A stretch of 28,099 nucleotides of DNA from a virus (taxonomy: Duplodnaviria; Caudoviricetes). Location: positions 1 through 28,099 of the IMG/VR virus record IMGVR_UViG_3300038327_000062. The stretch is one strand, 5' to 3'. The position numbers and the translations under genes were made by a program. The notes beneath the pieces were generated by a model. That model did not search any database. It was not told where the DNA came from and saw only the letters and a list, made by a program, of their open reading frames with translations. Below, in pieces: positions 25,606 through 28,099 of the stretch. Position 1 is the stretch's first letter; every line of letters begins with the position of its first letter.

Positions 25606-27485
25606 TGGACTTCTTGGATTCCCATATTTCTATTAATCTTACGATACATATAAGAAGGATTACTTTCTCTAACTTTTTTAGGAAGGAAAGTATATTCGAG
25701 AGTCTCTAATACAGAAGGTTCTCTACCTAAATTAGCCTTTGCTTCTTTCTTCCCTCTAGCTACTCCTAAAACGCTTGATAAAAAACTAAAAGCTCCAAGA
25801 CCCCTAGTAAATTTAATGCCTTTACCTACAGATTTAATTTTTTTAAATTTATTCTCTATATTTGGAGTACCATTTGATTTATGAAATACTTTTTGTAATT
25901 CAAGGGACGCTTTTTTTGCTGTAGTTGTAACTGTCTTGGTACTTGGCTTACCAGTTGCTTTTATCTTTTTAAGACTGGGCGTTACTGAAGTAGTGATTTT
26001 TTTAGTTATAGGTTGAATCTTTTGTTTTGCTTCTTGGGGATTTTTTGTTCTTACTTTTGATCTTTGATTAATTTTTCTGTGTACTGGTGCTAAGTATCGT
26101 TTCTTTTTGACTATAGAAGCTTCTTTTTTTGGGAATACTGTATTAGAAGGGCTAACTGGTTTTGGTTTATTAGCATGAGATGTCGTAACCCCTCTACCAC
26201 TTGTTATCATACTTTTCTGAGCCGGGACATTTACTTTCTTCTTCGTGGTAATTTCCTTTACACTTGTTGTTTCACCAGTATGTTTCCTTATAGCAGTTAC
26301 TTTTTTCTCTGAACTAACTTTTGGTTTATTTTCTGTAGCTTGTGCAACTACATTATCGATACGACCTTCTTCTGGTACACTGACTTGTTTATTACCCTTC
26401 CTAAATAAATCAATAGCAGGTCTTAATTCTTCTTTACCTGAAATATCGGGTCTATTAGTATTTAAGTTAAATTTACCTTCATTTTCAATAATAGCAGTTT
26501 GTGTTTTGTACTTTCCTTTTACAAAAGACTTAGCAACTTTATTTGCTATTTTCAGATTAGTTTTTGCTACTTTAAATTTACCTTTTACTTTATCGGGATC
26601 GATACCAGCATCGGAATTTGGTAGTCTCAATGACTTAGTGTAGTGTTCTTCTACGTACTCACTATTTGAATTAACATCTAGTGATTTGTCATAAAGTGGT
26701 AATTTATCAAATAAATCCCTTTGTGGCCCACTATTAGGATCAAAATCTAATTTATCGACACCTTCAGTCCCTTTTTCTGTAAAATATTCATAATTAGTCG
26801 GTTCAGGAACTAATGTTTTTGTATCAAAATCTTTTGTAAGTATTGTTCCTTCAGGGGTTTTGTTATATTCAGGTCTTCCTAGGAGTCTATTGTATTTGTT
26901 TAGTTGATCTTTATTTAACCAAGGGATAATATCTTTTGATTTGTCTGTGTATTGTTTCTTTTCAAATGACTTATACCTTCTTTTGACAAAATCTAGTCCT
27001 GCTTGGAATTTTTCTGGATCACTTGTATCACCTATTTCATCTAGTAGTATGTCTTTAGGTTTATTAAACTGCGAAATAGCTCTACCTAATAGTTTACCTG
27101 TATCTGGATCATAAGTATTAGATGGGTTAGTGTCCTTTAAATGTTTAAAGCGATCACTCCAATGTTTATCGTGTCCACCTGCTGAATAACCCTCACCTAG
27201 CCGAATATATGTTACTCCACCTTTTATTTCTGCTTGTGTTCTTAACTTTGCCCCTCTTGTTAAATCCTTTGCATCATATTTACTTGCAGGATTGACAGTA
27301 TAGCCGTAACCACTGCTTTTAATCGTTTTATTGACAACATCCCCTTTTTGGTCTGTAAGCATAAACCTTACATCACGGTCAGGATATTTCTTAACATATT
27401 CTTTAGCTGTGCTTAAAATACGTTCAGGCGATTCCTTATGCCTTCCTGTAATACGAAAGCGTTTTATTGGTTTATTCTTTGCCAT
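25602..27485 (-). CDS. Large Lys-rich hypothetical protein
   Basis: 627-aa ORF coupled to terS (TAATG) and terL (ATGA); very basic C-terminal half. Confidence 0.8.
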   Translation of the reverse strand: MAKNKPIKRFRITGRHKESPERILSTAKEYVKKYPDRDVRFMLTDQKGDVVNKTIKSSGYGYTVNPASKYDAKDLTRGAKLRTQAEIKGGVTYIRLGEGYSAGGHDKHWSDRFKHLKDTNPSNTYDPDTGKLLGRAISQFNKPKDILLDEIGDTSDPEKFQAGLDFVKRRYKSFEKKQYTDKSKDIIPWLNKDQLNKYNRLLGRPEYNKTPEGTILTKDFDTKTLVPEPTNYEYFTEKGTEGVDKLDFDPNSGPQRDLFDKLPLYDKSLDVNSNSEYVEEHYTKSLRLPNSDAGIDPDKVKGKFKVAKTNLKIANKVAKSFVKGKYKTQTAIIENEGKFNLNTNRPDISGKEELRPAIDLFRKGNKQVSVPEEGRIDNVVAQATENKPKVSSEKKVTAIRKHTGETTSVKEITTKKKVNVPAQKSMITSGRGVTTSHANKPKPVSPSNTVFPKKEASIVKKKRYLAPVHRKINQRSKVRTKNPQEAKQKIQPITKKITTSVTPSLKKIKATGKPSTKTVTTTAKKASLELQKVFHKSNGTPNIENKFKKIKSVGKGIKFTRGLGAFSFLSSVLGVARGKKEAKANLGREPSVLETLEYTFLPKKVRESNPSYMYRKINRNMGIQEVQ

Positions 27486-27913
27486 TAGCTTATAGTTGGT
27501 CCTGAAATTGTTTTCCTACTCCTAAACGCTCCAACTAACATCTTTGCACCATCACTTCCTACCAATGCAACTAATTGGGCATTCAATTCTTCAATAGTCT
27601 TTCCAGACTCATTATCGTTGTATGCGGAGTATCCCCCACGATCCAATACTTCTTTTGCACTATTCAACCTAACTGTATCACTCTCAGATGTGTCCATAAG
27701 ACCCTGTATGACATTCAATGCCCTTGGTCCACCCTGACGTAACCTCTGTTGGAAACGTTTGTCTACATCCCCCTTATGCTGTGCCAATAACTCTTGACCC
27801 ATTAACTTCAACTTATATACATTCTTCTCTGTATACCCTGCTTCACGCATCGAATGTAAATAGTCTCCTGACTCTACAAATGTCGATATAAACTTCTCTG
27901 TATCTGTTTCCAT
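27485..27913 (-). CDS. terS: Terminase small subunit
   Basis: HTH-like F...V..GD...S.REAGY start; S.SD.VRL..AKEVLDRGGY motif; first gene of the operon. Confidence 0.75.
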   Translation of the reverse strand: METDTEKFISTFVESGDYLHSMREAGYTEKNVYKLKLMGQELLAQHKGDVDKRFQQRLRQGGPRALNVIQGLMDTSESDTVRLNSAKEVLDRGGYSAYNDNESGKTIEELNAQLVALVGSDGAKMLVGAFRSRKTISGPTIS

Positions 27914-27920
27914 AAACTAC

Positions 27921-27960
27921 AAATTAAATCAATTACAAGTACATTACAACCCTTTTGTAA
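27921..27960 (-). promoter_or_regulatory. Candidate promoter/operator for the late operon
   Basis: TTGTAA-N17-TAATTT ending 7 nt before the terS ATG; three TTACAA/TTGTAA boxes at 11-bp spacing. Confidence 0.35.
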
Positions 27961-28090
27961 CTAAACTTGCACTATTGTATAGATAAGATAACATATGGGT
28001 TTTTTGCACTAACTAAAGATTATTCCCTCCTTCTTTAAAAAGAGTATCTATATGTCTTATCAATATATCACCTCCGTGTAAGGAGATTAA

Positions 28091-28099
28091 ATGGGTAAT
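28091..28099 (+). CDS. Possible start of a divergent gene, truncated
   Basis: AAGGAG SD at 28080-28085 then ATG GGT AAT at the window edge. Confidence 0.35.

Noticed and set aside
1-28099. Stop-codon reassignment
   Set aside because: All core genes are intact in the standard bacterial code, and TAA, TGA and TAG are all used as stops

Overview
AT-rich segment of a podovirus-type (short-tailed dsDNA) phage, with a gene set typical of marine uncultured phages. Almost all genes lie on the minus strand as one late operon, read right to left: small terminase, a 627-aa Lys-rich protein, P22-type large terminase, GNAT-like protein, two small paralogous proteins, T7/BPP-1-type portal, Bbp19-like protein, scaffold, major capsid, cement protein, tail tubular A and B, cupin-like protein, five internal-virion/ejection proteins, a 1198-aa modular tail fibre, two 2OG-Fe(II) oxygenases, small membrane proteins, and the start of a probable M15 peptidase endolysin. 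Features the gene list does not explain: (1) a ~205-nt multibranched RNA fold with a CsrA-type AUGGAC hairpin loop, flanked by 23-nt direct repeats, just upstream of the putative lysis genes; (2) a five-hairpin leader before the capsid gene; (3) a shared S-[IL]-[IL]-T motif in several low-complexity proteins; (4) one small beta-domain inserted three times into two tail proteins. All product calls come from motif recall and synteny, not database searches.
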